From positions 1 through 41,805 of the IMG/VR virus record IMGVR_UViG_3300011434_000011: a stretch of DNA of 41,805 nucleotides; one strand, 5' to 3'. The position numbers were made by a program, and so were the translations under genes. Source of the stretch: a virus. Taxonomy: Duplodnaviria > Caudoviricetes. Below the pieces are notes generated by a model. The model had not been told where the DNA came from. It searched no databases and worked only from the letters and a program-made list of their open reading frames with translations. Positions 23,299 to 32,855 of this stretch are shown piece by piece (within the stretch, counting starts at the first letter, position 1; every line of letters begins with the position of its first letter).

Positions 23299-23304
23299 CC
23301 TTGG

Positions 23305-23676
23305 CTACTCCTCGACGTTCCGCCAGATCTGGACGGTATTGGTGGTGAAGCGCATGGTGGCTGCGGAGAAGTAGTTGGGAGGCAGGCCGAGGCCAGCGAA
23401 GTACAGGGCGAAGATGTCGGCCGCAGGGGTACGCCGGTAGTTCTCGGTGACGATGTTCACCCCCGGGAGCGGTGTGGTAGTGGTGTTGGCGATCCGGGTG
23501 ATCATGTAGAAGTTCGGGCCGACGCCCTCCGAGGCCCACTCAAGGATGCTAGCGACACTGCCGAGAACGAAATCAGCGGCGATCTTGGTTTTCGTAATCT
23601 CGGCGTACTTCTTGAGGAGAGGAGTATTTGCCATTGCTTTAGGTCCCAAGTAGGGAAGTTGGTTGCTGAGAGTCAC
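23305..23676 (-). CDS. hypothetical tail-associated protein
   Basis: GTGA overlap with the propeller gene; alternative ATG 14 codons in. Confidence 0.6.
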   Translation of the reverse strand: MTLSNQLPYLGPKAMANTPLLKKYAEITKTKIAADFVLGSVASILEWASEGVGPNFYMITRIANTTTTPLPGVNIVTENYRRTPAADIFALYFAGLGLPPNYFSAATMRFTTNTVQIWRNVEE

Positions 23677-24470
23677 ACTTGGGTGAAATCGTAGAGATAC
23701 TTTCCGTCAAAGGTGATACCTCTGGTCTCACCCGCGCGCGGAACGGTTGTGGTATTTGTGTGGCAATCAGCAAGTACACCGGCTCCTGCATCTGGTTGTC
23801 GCCGGTGGTGTGCCTTATAGATCATAGAAATAGGTGCAGGAGCAAAGGGAAAGGTTGGATGAGATTTATTAAGAATATATTTGCCATCCCAACACATTCC
23901 GGTGTGAATTGAGATATTATAATCAAGGGCGTTTAACGCAATTTTCGAGGCTACAATGGCGCCAGTTTTAATATCAAAAACATCAACATAGTTTTGTGGT
24001 GCTGCACTGCGCATTGCAAGGATATTTTTTCCATCAAATGTAATTGCCCAGTAAGTAGTAGCGAGGCCAGTTACGAGGCGACGAATAAGGATGCCAGTTT
24101 TACGGCTGTATTTTGAAATCGCGCAAGTTGGAACTGCATCATTGGCGTAGTAGTCAAGGCCCCAGATATACTTCCCATCCCAGCAAATATCACGGAAACC
24201 ACCGTCTGAGACAATGCCAGCGTTGATGTTACGGACGATAGAGCCGTTGGTAGGATCTACAACTACGAAGCGTGCTGATGTGCCGAGGGCTGGATTGGGT
24301 TCGTCTGTACAGAAAATAAGATATTTGCCGTCAAAAGTCACACCTGTTACGTTTTGGTCTTCTGCGCCCGAGCCAGGAACATAGGTCCAAGCAAAGGAAA
24401 GGATCGAGCCAGTGCCAAGGAAGACACCCTTTCGACTGGACTTGAAGACTGTGACGGTGCGGTTTGCCAT
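23673..24470 (-). CDS. AT-rich beta-propeller-like protein (five [FW]DGK[YN] repeats)
   Basis: TFDGKYL, CWDGKYI, TFDGKNI, CWDGKYI, TFDGKYL; TAATG overlap with the fibre gene. Confidence 0.7.
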   Translation of the reverse strand: MANRTVTVFKSSRKGVFLGTGSILSFAWTYVPGSGAEDQNVTGVTFDGKYLIFCTDEPNPALGTSARFVVVDPTNGSIVRNINAGIVSDGGFRDICWDGKYIWGLDYYANDAVPTCAISKYSRKTGILIRRLVTGLATTYWAITFDGKNILAMRSAAPQNYVDVFDIKTGAIVASKIALNALDYNISIHTGMCWDGKYILNKSHPTFPFAPAPISMIYKAHHRRQPDAGAGVLADCHTNTTTVPRAGETRGITFDGKYLYDFTQV

Positions 24471-27082
24471 TAGTTGAAGAACGTGATCTTTGCGTTGGTC
24501 ACGTCGAACTTAGTACCGGCGCCGGTCCCGCCGGTTGCGGTTACAACTAGCCGGACGTATCGGTCCAACTTCTCAATAAGGATGGATTCGTTGATTGCGG
24601 TTGCACAAACGGTGTCGTCGTATCGAAGATCTTGAAGGAAGCCCCATCCGATTTTATAGAAGTTCGAGTTATCTGGGGACATCTCTACGTCAAAGAGAAT
24701 ATCGGTTGGAGTCCCGGTTGAGTCAAGCGTAAAGGAGAGGATGGCATAGCGGAAGCGCCGGCAATCAGTGCTCGCAGAGGTTTGCGTTTCTGGATTTGTA
24801 TCGTAGGCAGTACTGACGCTGGTGAGGGTGACGACAAAGCTCTTATGAATGTCCGAGACATGGACTCCGGCATCATCCGTATTCCCTAATTCATCCGTGG
24901 CGTGGGTCTCACCTGACGCACGAGAGAGGGTGGTGGTTCCCTCATTACGAAACATCGTCACCGCGCCGACCTTCGTGGTCGTCGGGTTCGCGTCGGTATC
25001 GCCGAGGGCTGCACCCGCGGAGAAGTCAGTGTTCTTGACGTGCGCGCGCCGGTCGAGCGTCATCCGCGCTGCGCCGACGTCTCCCTCGTCAACGGAGTCG
25101 GTGCCCGTCTCATCCGCGAGGTAGCCGGTAACCGTAACTCGGGAGGTACCGATCCCGAAGGCTGCATCATCCAGGTGCTCGGAGGAAGCGATGATCCTTC
25201 GATCAAGGGTCATGCGAGCTGCGCCGATGTCGCCTTCGTCTACGGAGTCGGTGGCAGTTTCATCTGCAAGAAAGCCGACAACGCCCACCCGGGAAGTAGC
25301 CACGCCGAAAGCGGCGTCATCAACAAGCTCGTTCCCGCTCAGGAGCTTCCGGTCCAGCGTCATGCGGGGGACGCCAATGTCGCCCTCATCAACGGAGTCC
25401 GTTGCGGTGTCGTCCGCGAGGGCCCCCATAGGCACGACTCTGGAGGTGGCGATAGTAAAAGCCGAGTCATCTGCCAGGTCTACAGAGATGCCGCCCCCGC
25501 CCACGATAACGAGCCGGCCGGAGGTATCCGTCAGGATAATCTGGGCGTTGACGCCGTCGTGGCCGGCGACAAGCCGGGCCCAGTTACCGCTCATCGCCTC
25601 GCCGTCCTGGACGAGGTACGCTGGGATAATGTGGCCCTCGTCAGGCGTAACGCGGAACGCCCGCGCGAAGTCTCGGCCGCTGCCCTCGGCGACCTCGACC
25701 TGGATAGTAATCGTCGAGGCGCGGAAGGTAACGCCTGCTCCGGGGGTGGTGCTCACCCCGATCACCATGGCGGAAACAGCTCCGGCGCTCCACGCGCCGG
25801 AGGTGAAGGGGTTCGCCATCCGCAAGTGGGAGTACATGCGGTAGGCGGTCGTTGAGGTCCCGGCGCTGGTCGTGGTCAGCTGTGTGAGGGCTGCCTCGAC
25901 AGCCGTGTCGAGTGCCGCAGCGACGATCCGCTGGGTGGTCGCGACTACCGTGTCGGTGGCAACGAAGTTGCTGAACTGGACGGCGTGGATCTGTCCGCGC
26001 ACAGCCGCCGGCACGTTGAGGGTATAGGTCGAGGCGACGTCCGTACCGCCCGTAACGGCGATGTTTGTAACCGCCCCGTCGTGCGGGATGTTGACGGACT
26101 CCCACCGGGTCGCAGCGGGCGACGAGCCGGCGATGGCGAAAACGTCCTGGATCTGGCCGTTTGCGCGGACGGCTACGCCGTAGATCGCAGCAGACGGCGG
26201 GTACGTCACGCTCGCAATGGCCGCGGCGCCCTCGAACGCCACATCGTCCACGAACATCGTGTAAGTACCGGCGTTGGCCGTTTTCCCAAACAGGAAGCTC
26301 AGGACCGTGCCGGCGCCGCCGCCACCGGCCGCCGTGACATTGTTGAACTCGATGCCGTCGTCGATTAGAAGGAATACCTTGTTGGTCGCCGAGTCGTAGG
26401 TCCCAGTGATCTTGTACCAGGTGTCGATAGTGAGGGCGGTGACGCCGGACGTGACATCAAGAACCAGGATGCCGCCGCTCGTCATGGAGACTACGGTTCG
26501 CGCCGCCCCAGCGGCACCGCGGATGGTAAAGAGCACCCGCGTGGCATCGGGGAGGGCCGAGAACCGCATGTAGAAACGGAAGGCCACCGCGTTGTGCAGG
26601 GTCGTGGTGGTGGGGTGGCCCGACGTCCCCTCGAAGGACACCGCCATACCGCAGTTTGCTGCGGTCACACCGTCATTGACGATTTGCAGCGCGTAGCTGC
26701 CCGTCCGCTTCGTGCTCGTTTGAATCGAGACCGCGCCGGCCGTGGTATCGCCGTTCAGGTTGAGCTGAGTCCCGTGCTCCCAGCCCTCGATACGGGTGTA
26801 GGTGTGGCCCGTAAGAATGGCGGGCTCCGAGTCGCCCTCCGCCCGGCCGAAGCCAAGAACGCCCTTAGTCGCGTCGTGGACGATCTCGAACTCGTCGACC
26901 TCGTTCTGGCAGCAGGCCGCCCCGGGCTGGCCCCCGCCGTTAGCGCCCGTGACCTGCGACTGGCCGGGCAGGATACCGGCAGCGTTCAATAGCCGCAGGT
27001 AGCGGTCGATGATGAAGAAGCTGCGGCGGGCCGCAGGATCTGTGACCTCGGCCATGGCGGCCAGGCCCTCGTAGTTCCTCAT
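24470..27082 (-). CDS. tail fibre / receptor-binding protein with LamG-like domain and internal repeats
   Basis: Thr/Gly/Ala-rich; DTWYKITGTYD...LLIDDG (LamG-like); follows the nozzle gene. Confidence 0.7.
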   Translation of the reverse strand: MRNYEGLAAMAEVTDPAARRSFFIIDRYLRLLNAAGILPGQSQVTGANGGGQPGAACCQNEVDEFEIVHDATKGVLGFGRAEGDSEPAILTGHTYTRIEGWEHGTQLNLNGDTTAGAVSIQTSTKRTGSYALQIVNDGVTAANCGMAVSFEGTSGHPTTTTLHNAVAFRFYMRFSALPDATRVLFTIRGAAGAARTVVSMTSGGILVLDVTSGVTALTIDTWYKITGTYDSATNKVFLLIDDGIEFNNVTAAGGGGAGTVLSFLFGKTANAGTYTMFVDDVAFEGAAAIASVTYPPSAAIYGVAVRANGQIQDVFAIAGSSPAATRWESVNIPHDGAVTNIAVTGGTDVASTYTLNVPAAVRGQIHAVQFSNFVATDTVVATTQRIVAAALDTAVEAALTQLTTTSAGTSTTAYRMYSHLRMANPFTSGAWSAGAVSAMVIGVSTTPGAGVTFRASTITIQVEVAEGSGRDFARAFRVTPDEGHIIPAYLVQDGEAMSGNWARLVAGHDGVNAQIILTDTSGRLVIVGGGGISVDLADDSAFTIATSRVVPMGALADDTATDSVDEGDIGVPRMTLDRKLLSGNELVDDAAFGVATSRVGVVGFLADETATDSVDEGDIGAARMTLDRRIIASSEHLDDAAFGIGTSRVTVTGYLADETGTDSVDEGDVGAARMTLDRRAHVKNTDFSAGAALGDTDANPTTTKVGAVTMFRNEGTTTLSRASGETHATDELGNTDDAGVHVSDIHKSFVVTLTSVSTAYDTNPETQTSASTDCRRFRYAILSFTLDSTGTPTDILFDVEMSPDNSNFYKIGWGFLQDLRYDDTVCATAINESILIEKLDRYVRLVVTATGGTGAGTKFDVTNAKITFFN
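25043..25471 (-). repeat. three 150-nt-period tandem repeats in the tail fibre
   Basis: DDxAFxxxTSRVxxxGxLADxTxTDSVDEGDxGxxRMTLDR x3. Confidence 0.9.
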
Positions 27083-28974
27083 CGCTGGGTCACGTCAGTC
27101 TTGAAGCCAATGTAGTGGAGGTCCGCGCTCGCATGGAGCACGGCGCCGTAAGCCTCGGCCCGGCCGTCTACGTGGAGAGAGACCAAGCGGTTCTCCGTGG
27201 CGCTGGGCACGAAGACCGCGGAGGCATCCGTGAAGATGTCCGCGTCGGACTTCCGGCGGCGGAGCGCCACGTCGAAGGTGCCGCCCGTAAATGCGCCAAC
27301 GAGGATACGCACCTCGTCGATCCGGGTCTCGGTGTCGATGCTGCCCTCCCGCGGGTAGATCAGCCGCGTCTGGGCCGTCATCGTAGAAACCCCAGCGGTC
27401 ACGTCCTCTTCCATGACGGTCGCGGCGGTCGAGCCGGCGAACGCGCGGAAGCTGTTACCCGAGTAGTCGGCGGCCCAGGCCTCGAGGGACGAGGGCCCGG
27501 AGACCTTGAGGTACCCGCCCTCCTTGAGGTGCTGCGGGTGGTAACTGAGGTGGAGCGCCCGGTTGTTCGGGAGCCCCCCGGAGCCATTCGCCACGAAGTA
27601 GAAGAATAGGCTGTAGAGGTGCTGGACGTTCACGAGGAGGCAGCCGCTGAGGGCGGTCTTGTCGACCAGGGTATCCCAGTCAATATCCATCGTGAGCAGC
27701 TGGGTCCGCAGCCCGTCGGTCATGTAGAGCCCGTCGTGGCTGACGTAGGCCACGCGGGAGTTCCCCTCAACGGGCGTGAAGATACACGCAGCGTCGGGCC
27801 CGACGATCCCGGAAGACGCGCTGATGATCTCCCGGCACCTACCGCGGCTGAACTCTGAATCCGTCTCGTTCGGTAGGTAGTTCAGGCGCCAGACCTGGCC
27901 CTGCATACCGACGATGCACACCGCGTCCAGGGACCGAATGCAGGTCACCTCGTCCTGCTGCTTCGTGTTGAAGCCCACGAAGTAGAGGGACGGGAAGCTG
28001 TGCGGCTTGCCGGGGAAGCTGTACCGGACGACGCTGGGCTCGGCCACATCGTTCGTCACCAGCGAATCCTCGAAGATGTCGCCCGTAGACCAGATCGGTG
28101 GGACGGTGTCGCGCTGAATCAGGAGCGCCGGGCCGCCCGCAATCGACAGGGAGAGGAAGTTGTACGGCGTGTTGGAGACGATCCCGGTGTCGTCGAAGTT
28201 GGTGATCGCAGGGGCACCAGGGATGGCGACCTCGCCAAGGCGGAACCCGCTCGGGAAGTTGCTGGGCGTGACCGCGAGCGTCCCGGGGCCGGCGTCGCGG
28301 TAGACCCGCCAGTGCGTGGCGTTCGCGTTGTGCAGGGTGAGGTACGCGGCCTGGCCGTACTGGATCGCGACGCGGACGGTGTCGTCGTCGTTCACGACGT
28401 CCACGGCGTCGCCGCCCACGACGGAGGTGTAAGCCGACTCGATGTCGTTGACCGAGTCGTACTCGGTGATCCAGTAGAAGTAGAGCCCAGTCGCGGGGCC
28501 GCCGCTCTCGTTCCAGGCGCCGCCCCCAGCGACGAGGGAAACGAGGGTGTCGTTCTCCTCGGTTGGCTGCATGCCGTGGCCGCTGAACGTCGCGCCACCG
28601 AAGACCACGGAAACGTCGGAGCCGTTGGTCAGGAAGTATTGGTTCTCGAAGGCAACAGCCTCAAGCCGCCGATCGGCGGCGAGCCCAGTGCGGAACGTGG
28701 TCCATGACGCGCCGATTCCTGTTTGCCAGATGGTCCCGTGGGCGATGACGAGCCGGGTGCTGCTGAGGCCAAAGCCCTCGAATGGCGTTGCGCGGAGGCC
28801 GCGCACCGCGGCGCCCACGGCGGATCCGAACGCAGCCCGGCCCCGGATCGGGGACAGCGCGGCATTGAACGGCCGGTAGATACCGTTGAGGGCGGCGGTC
28901 AGCTCCCCGGGCGAGAGGAGCGAGGCGTCGCGGGCGGTGACGAGCCCCCCGGTCAGCGGCTCGAGGTGGAACAT
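27079..28974 (-). CDS. tail nozzle / tubular protein B (P22 gp10-like stabilisation protein)
   Basis: N-terminal GGLVT..D...L.PGE....LN motif, beta-rich, 631 aa, after the adaptor. Confidence 0.7.
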   Translation of the reverse strand: MFHLEPLTGGLVTARDASLLSPGELTAALNGIYRPFNAALSPIRGRAAFGSAVGAAVRGLRATPFEGFGLSSTRLVIAHGTIWQTGIGASWTTFRTGLAADRRLEAVAFENQYFLTNGSDVSVVFGGATFSGHGMQPTEENDTLVSLVAGGGAWNESGGPATGLYFYWITEYDSVNDIESAYTSVVGGDAVDVVNDDDTVRVAIQYGQAAYLTLHNANATHWRVYRDAGPGTLAVTPSNFPSGFRLGEVAIPGAPAITNFDDTGIVSNTPYNFLSLSIAGGPALLIQRDTVPPIWSTGDIFEDSLVTNDVAEPSVVRYSFPGKPHSFPSLYFVGFNTKQQDEVTCIRSLDAVCIVGMQGQVWRLNYLPNETDSEFSRGRCREIISASSGIVGPDAACIFTPVEGNSRVAYVSHDGLYMTDGLRTQLLTMDIDWDTLVDKTALSGCLLVNVQHLYSLFFYFVANGSGGLPNNRALHLSYHPQHLKEGGYLKVSGPSSLEAWAADYSGNSFRAFAGSTAATVMEEDVTAGVSTMTAQTRLIYPREGSIDTETRIDEVRILVGAFTGGTFDVALRRRKSDADIFTDASAVFVPSATENRLVSLHVDGRAEAYGAVLHASADLHYIGFKTDVTQR

Positions 28975-29798
28975 GCGGCTACCTTGTCGATGGCGTTAAT
29001 GATGTCAGCCGGCGCCAGGTCCATGCAGGCCACGTCCTCGCGCTCGCAGCCGCCCCAGTCGAAGCGCGGGGGCGGGAGGCGGTGGTGGCAGCCCAAGCAC
29101 GCCAGGCCCTTACGCTGGACCGGGCGGACTCCGGGGTGGGTCACCCTGAAGGCCGGCTCGATGCAGCCGAAGGCCACGACGGCGGGGATGTCGAACGCCT
29201 GGGAGAGGTGCCACGGCGCGCCGTCGATGCCGACGAAGAGGTCAGCGGAGCGCAGGAGCGCCGCGAGGGTCAGCGGATGCGGCGTGCGCCCGACCAGCTC
29301 TTCGTCCACGTAGCCCTCGAGCCAGGGGAACCTGCCGACCTCGACGGTGCGGAAGCCCTGCCGCCGGAGGTACGAGACCACGGGGAACCACACCGACCGG
29401 CGGACGTTGCGCCCGGCCCAGGCGGTGGGCTCGATGTGGAGGACGGCCGTGGGGACTCCCGGCGGCAGGAGGGCGGCGGCTTCCGCGGCGTGCTCCGCGG
29501 AGGGAAAGAGCTCGGGGCGGACGGGCCGGCTGTACGGCAGCTGCGCGGCCTCCCAGTAGGAGGCTTGGATGTGGCGCTGCGGCGTCGCTTCGTACGCGCC
29601 GTCCAGGTCGATGATGGCGCACGCCTCCGGGGGTGGCCCCTCGGAGACATGCGGGTTGCCAGCGAAGGCTGCGGGGTGCATCGTGTCGACGAAGACGGCG
29701 TCAGCTGCCCCGCGTTCCAGGAGGAGGCGCGGCAGGGGCGTCGCGAGGACGACGTCGCCGAGAGCCTGCGCGCGGCGTAGGAGCACTGGAGAAGCCAT
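28953..29798 (-). CDS. glycosyltransferase family 9 (heptosyltransferase-like)
   Basis: RR..ALGDVVLATP, ADLFVGIDG.P.HL..A..IP.VV.FG, C..C..C..C tail. Confidence 0.85.
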   Translation of the reverse strand: MASPVLLRRAQALGDVVLATPLPRLLLERGAADAVFVDTMHPAAFAGNPHVSEGPPPEACAIIDLDGAYEATPQRHIQASYWEAAQLPYSRPVRPELFPSAEHAAEAAALLPPGVPTAVLHIEPTAWAGRNVRRSVWFPVVSYLRRQGFRTVEVGRFPWLEGYVDEELVGRTPHPLTLAALLRSADLFVGIDGAPWHLSQAFDIPAVVAFGCIEPAFRVTHPGVRPVQRKGLACLGCHHRLPPPRFDWGGCEREDVACMDLAPADIINAIDKVAACSTSSR

Positions 29799-30491
29799 CT
29801 ATCCACCCCATCCCGAGTCGTACAGCCAAAGCGACGGGTGGTCGGCGGGCAGCGGGGAGGCGTCGCCGGGGCGGAAAGCCGCCGGCCGGTCGGCGTCCTG
29901 GTCCTCGTGCTGCATCTTCTTCAGGTACCGGTCGGCACGCGCCTGCCAGATCTCGCCGCCCTGCTCGTTCGGGTGGGAGAAGATCAGGTTCGCGCGCGCC
30001 TGGTAGATCACGTAGGTCTGGTACCGCTCGGGGATGTCCACGGCAGTACCTCCCACGGAGGGCGTGGTGATCAGCCGGTGGTACAAGAAGACCAAGGTGT
30101 CCGCCTGGGAGGGGATCGGGAAGATGCGGATCTGCTCCTGGGTGTTCGTGGTGCGGATGATGGTGTAGCCCATCGGCGTGCCGGGGGTCGCTTGGTTCAG
30201 GACGTACCGGTCCCACTCCCGCTGGTCCACGTAGGCCAGCGGGCGGTTGCCGGTCCCGAGGCGCACGGTGTACATGCGCCGGTAGTCGCTCGGCAGGTTG
30301 TAGTCCTGCGTGTTAGCGACGAGCGGGATGGGCGTGCCGGGCTTCAGCAGCCACTGGAAGTCGTTGAGCCCGAGTTCGTCGAGGACGCGGATGATCTCGT
30401 CCGCGGCCTCCGTTAGGAGGTCTGCGTCGGTAGCGCGGCCCAGAACCTTGGCGACCTGGGCCTGCATTTGAGAGTAGGTGTAGATTGCCAT
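29799..30491 (-). CDS. head-tail adaptor / tubular protein A
   Basis: DYNLPSDY, GTP.GY, IRIFPIPS, DIPERYQ motifs; GAGG RBS. Confidence 0.75.
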   Translation of the reverse strand: MAIYTYSQMQAQVAKVLGRATDADLLTEAADEIIRVLDELGLNDFQWLLKPGTPIPLVANTQDYNLPSDYRRMYTVRLGTGNRPLAYVDQREWDRYVLNQATPGTPMGYTIIRTTNTQEQIRIFPIPSQADTLVFLYHRLITTPSVGGTAVDIPERYQTYVIYQARANLIFSHPNEQGGEIWQARADRYLKKMQHEDQDADRPAAFRPGDASPLPADHPSLWLYDSGWGG

Positions 30492-30493
30492 GG

Positions 30494-31744
30494 CTACCTC
30501 GCTACGACCAAGCGCCGAAGGCGCGGGGCCATCTTCGCGGTCTCCCCGACCCACTCAAACAGGGGGCCAGCGTTCCGGCGCACGTCGCGGTTCTCGTGGA
30601 CCCACGTCGACGCGGCGGCCGAGAGCCGGCGCCGGAGCTCCTCCGTCGTGATCAGGGCCTCGAGCTTCTCCGCGAACTCCTCCGGGGTGATGTAGGTCAT
30701 GCCGTTCACCCCATCGGCGATCTCGTTGAAGGGGCCGACGGCCGCCGCGAGTGTGGCCGCCGGGCGGCAGATCGCGGACGACTCGTACCACTTGATGGCC
30801 GACTTGGACTGGTTGAAGGGCGTGTTCGCTAGGGGGCAGAGGTTGATGGAGTGGTTCATGGTCGAGAGGCGCAGGGTGTAAGCCTCGGGGTGGACCCACT
30901 CGAGGAACGTCACGCGGCCGTCCAGCCAGTCGCGCATGCCCTCGAAGATCTGGCCCCACTGGACGAACTCGACGTCCGGGTGGCGCGCGAGCACTGCCCG
31001 CAGCGGCGCCTCGATGGTCGCCAGGTCTCCGAGGTGGCTGCTCCCACCGGCCCACAGGATGCGGACCTTCGACGGCGGGGCGAGGTCGATCTCGGGGTAG
31101 TCCTCGAAGTCGAGGGAGTTGGGGTAGACGTAGATGTTCTTGGCGCCGTAGTTGCGGTAGACCTCAGCAAGCTGCGGGGTCGAGACCACGACGCCCTCGG
31201 CGCCGTAGGCGACGCGCCGCAGGATGTCCATCCGGCGCTGGGCCTCCTCGAGGCTCCACATCTGGCCGTCGCGCGTGATGCTCTGGCCCTCGGCCCACAG
31301 CACCCGCTCCTTGCCGTTGTGGGTGATCATGAGCGGCTCCCCCGGAGCCAGCTTCCGCCCCTGGCCGTCCGTGGTGCCGAAGGAGATGTAGGTGGTGTTG
31401 AAGGGGTCGACGTTCTCGAGGTCGTCGTCCGAGCCCCAGATCACCGCGCCGCGCTCCTTCATCGCAAGCAGCTGTTCGACGTTGGTCTCGATCTTGTGAT
31501 GATACCAATGAACGTCGGCGGCCAACATGATTGCCGTCCGCAGCTCCTCGTACTCCTTCCGCGCCTGGGGCGCGGCCGGCGCGTCGCGGTGGTCGTTGAC
31601 ATACTGGCAGTAGCCCAGCTGGTCACCCCAATAGAGCGGTAGCAGCAGCCGGTACTTGTCGATCCACGAATGAGTACCGCCGCCCACCGCGGTGTAGATC
31701 CGCAACGGACGGCGGTCAGGGCGAGAGAGTTCGCGCAGTTGCAT
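30494..31744 (-). CDS. GT-B glycosyltransferase (family 4-like)
   Basis: YRL.LP, DDD, VSTP.LA, PNS.D, ILWAGGSSH..DL, PL..TPFNQSKSAIKWYE. Confidence 0.85.
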   Translation of the reverse strand: MQLRELSRPDRRPLRIYTAVGGGTHSWIDKYRLLLPLYWGDQLGYCQYVNDHRDAPAAPQARKEYEELRTAIMLAADVHWYHHKIETNVEQLLAMKERGAVIWGSDDDLENVDPFNTTYISFGTTDGQGRKLAPGEPLMITHNGKERVLWAEGQSITRDGQMWSLEEAQRRMDILRRVAYGAEGVVVSTPQLAEVYRNYGAKNIYVYPNSLDFEDYPEIDLAPPSKVRILWAGGSSHLGDLATIEAPLRAVLARHPDVEFVQWGQIFEGMRDWLDGRVTFLEWVHPEAYTLRLSTMNHSINLCPLANTPFNQSKSAIKWYESSAICRPAATLAAAVGPFNEIADGVNGMTYITPEEFAEKLEALITTEELRRRLSAAASTWVHENRDVRRNAGPLFEWVGETAKMAPRLRRLVVAR

Positions 31745-31746
31745 TC

Positions 31747-32106
31747 TTAGACTTGCATGGCGGTAAACTTGCCGGTCTGGTACTCGGGGTGTGCCTTGAG
31801 CCACGCGAGGAAAAGCTGGGGGTCGGTCGCGAAGGCCGGGTCCACACGCTCCAGAGCGATGAAGACTGCTGCAGGAACGACCGCGGCTCGGAGCCAGTTG
31901 CCCGAGTCGTTGAGGCCGGTGACGCGCCGGAAGTTGCTGATCTTCGCAACTTCTTCCGCGGCGCTACGGATGTCGGAAACGGCCTCCACGAACGGCTTGA
32001 TGCCCGGCAGCCCGTTGGCCGCCAGCGTGTGCGCGGAGGTCGCCTCGTGTACCCACTCAGGAAAGTGAATCATAAGAAGGGGAGGGGCGCCCGTGAGACC
32101 CGCCAT
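31747..32106 (-). CDS. conserved podoviral hypothetical protein (alternative start 32073)
   Basis: W..AAVVP...F..WL..HPEY pattern; position after the capsid cluster. Confidence 0.65.
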   Translation of the reverse strand: MAGLTGAPPLLMIHFPEWVHEATSAHTLAANGLPGIKPFVEAVSDIRSAAEEVAKISNFRRVTGLNDSGNWLRAAVVPAAVFIALERVDPAFATDPQLFLAWLKAHPEYQTGKFTAMQV

Positions 32107-32145
32107 CCTAAGGAGGGTTACACTGCGGGCAGGGCGCCCCTGAGG

Positions 32146-32370
32146 TTAGTAGCCTGGTTCGCTTTTCTTCTTCGCCCGCTTCTGCGGGCGCTTGATTTCG
32201 TACGAGATGCGGCCGGGGCCGTACGCCCTGTCGGTGTGGAACGTGGACGTCTGCTCGACGTCGCCTTCGCGAGCGCCGAGCTTCAGGTCCTGCCCCTTCC
32301 GGCGGGCGATGTCCCGCGCGACCCGCTTCTGCGGGCCGGACATCTCACTGATGAGCTTCCGGGATGCCAT
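32146..32370 (-). CDS. small basic hypothetical protein
   Basis: TAATG overlap with the upstream gene. Confidence 0.65.
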   Translation of the reverse strand: MASRKLISEMSGPQKRVARDIARRKGQDLKLGAREGDVEQTSTFHTDRAYGPGRISYEIKRPQKRAKKKSEPGY

Positions 32371-32522
32371 TATTCGCCGCTCGTCAGCTTCTTCCCTTGG
32401 CTGGTTTCGGGGCCCTCGCGCTGCACGCGGGAGTCCTTGCCGTGGGGGTTGAACTTGACGTCAGCGCTCGGCAGGCCGGCGAACTCGCTCGGCTGCTTGT
32501 TGTGAGTCGGTCCTTGCGCCAT
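32370..32522 (-). CDS. hypothetical protein (50 aa)
   Basis: AGGAG RBS; MAQGPTHNKQPSEFAGLPSADVKFNPHGKDSRVQREGPETSQGKKLTSGE; not in the ORF track. Confidence 0.65.
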   Translation of the reverse strand: MAQGPTHNKQPSEFAGLPSADVKFNPHGKDSRVQREGPETSQGKKLTSGE

Positions 32523-32530
32523 GGTGTCTC

Positions 32531-32854
32531 CTATTCCCACCCACCGCCCTGGTACGGATCGGCCGTGCCGGGCTTCGGGTTGGGGACGTAGCCGGAGCGT
32601 GCGAACACGCTCCGGTCGGGGTTGGAAGCGGGGTTCATGAAGGCATCCCAGTCGTCAGGCCCATAGCTGTTGTCGTAGATCTTGGTGTCGGAGCCGCTGA
32701 CTTCAGCGAGCCCCGCCGCGATCTTGCCATCAGAGTTGGGCCCGATCGCCTCGGGGGCGGGGACGTGCTGCTGTTGCGGCCCCGTCTTGCCCCCGGCGGT
32801 CTTCGGATCCTTGTAGGGCGGGTCGCCCCGCCGCTTGAGCCAGTTGAACGGCAT
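32531..32854 (-). CDS. hypothetical Pro/Gly-rich protein after the major capsid gene
   Basis: Starts 1 nt after the MCP stop; GC-rich third codon positions. Confidence 0.7.
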   Translation of the reverse strand: MPFNWLKRRGDPPYKDPKTAGGKTGPQQQHVPAPEAIGPNSDGKIAAGLAEVSGSDTKIYDNSYGPDDWDAFMNPASNPDRSVFARSGYVPNPKPGTADPYQGGGWE

Positions 32855-32855
32855 G

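Noticed and set aside
21355-23694. 779-aa + strand ORF, and similar long antisense ORFs (5178..6650, 13458..14789, 19235..20524, 35422..36981)
   Set aside because: Shadow ORFs opposite well-supported genes in stop-poor GC-rich DNA; no motifs or RBS support.
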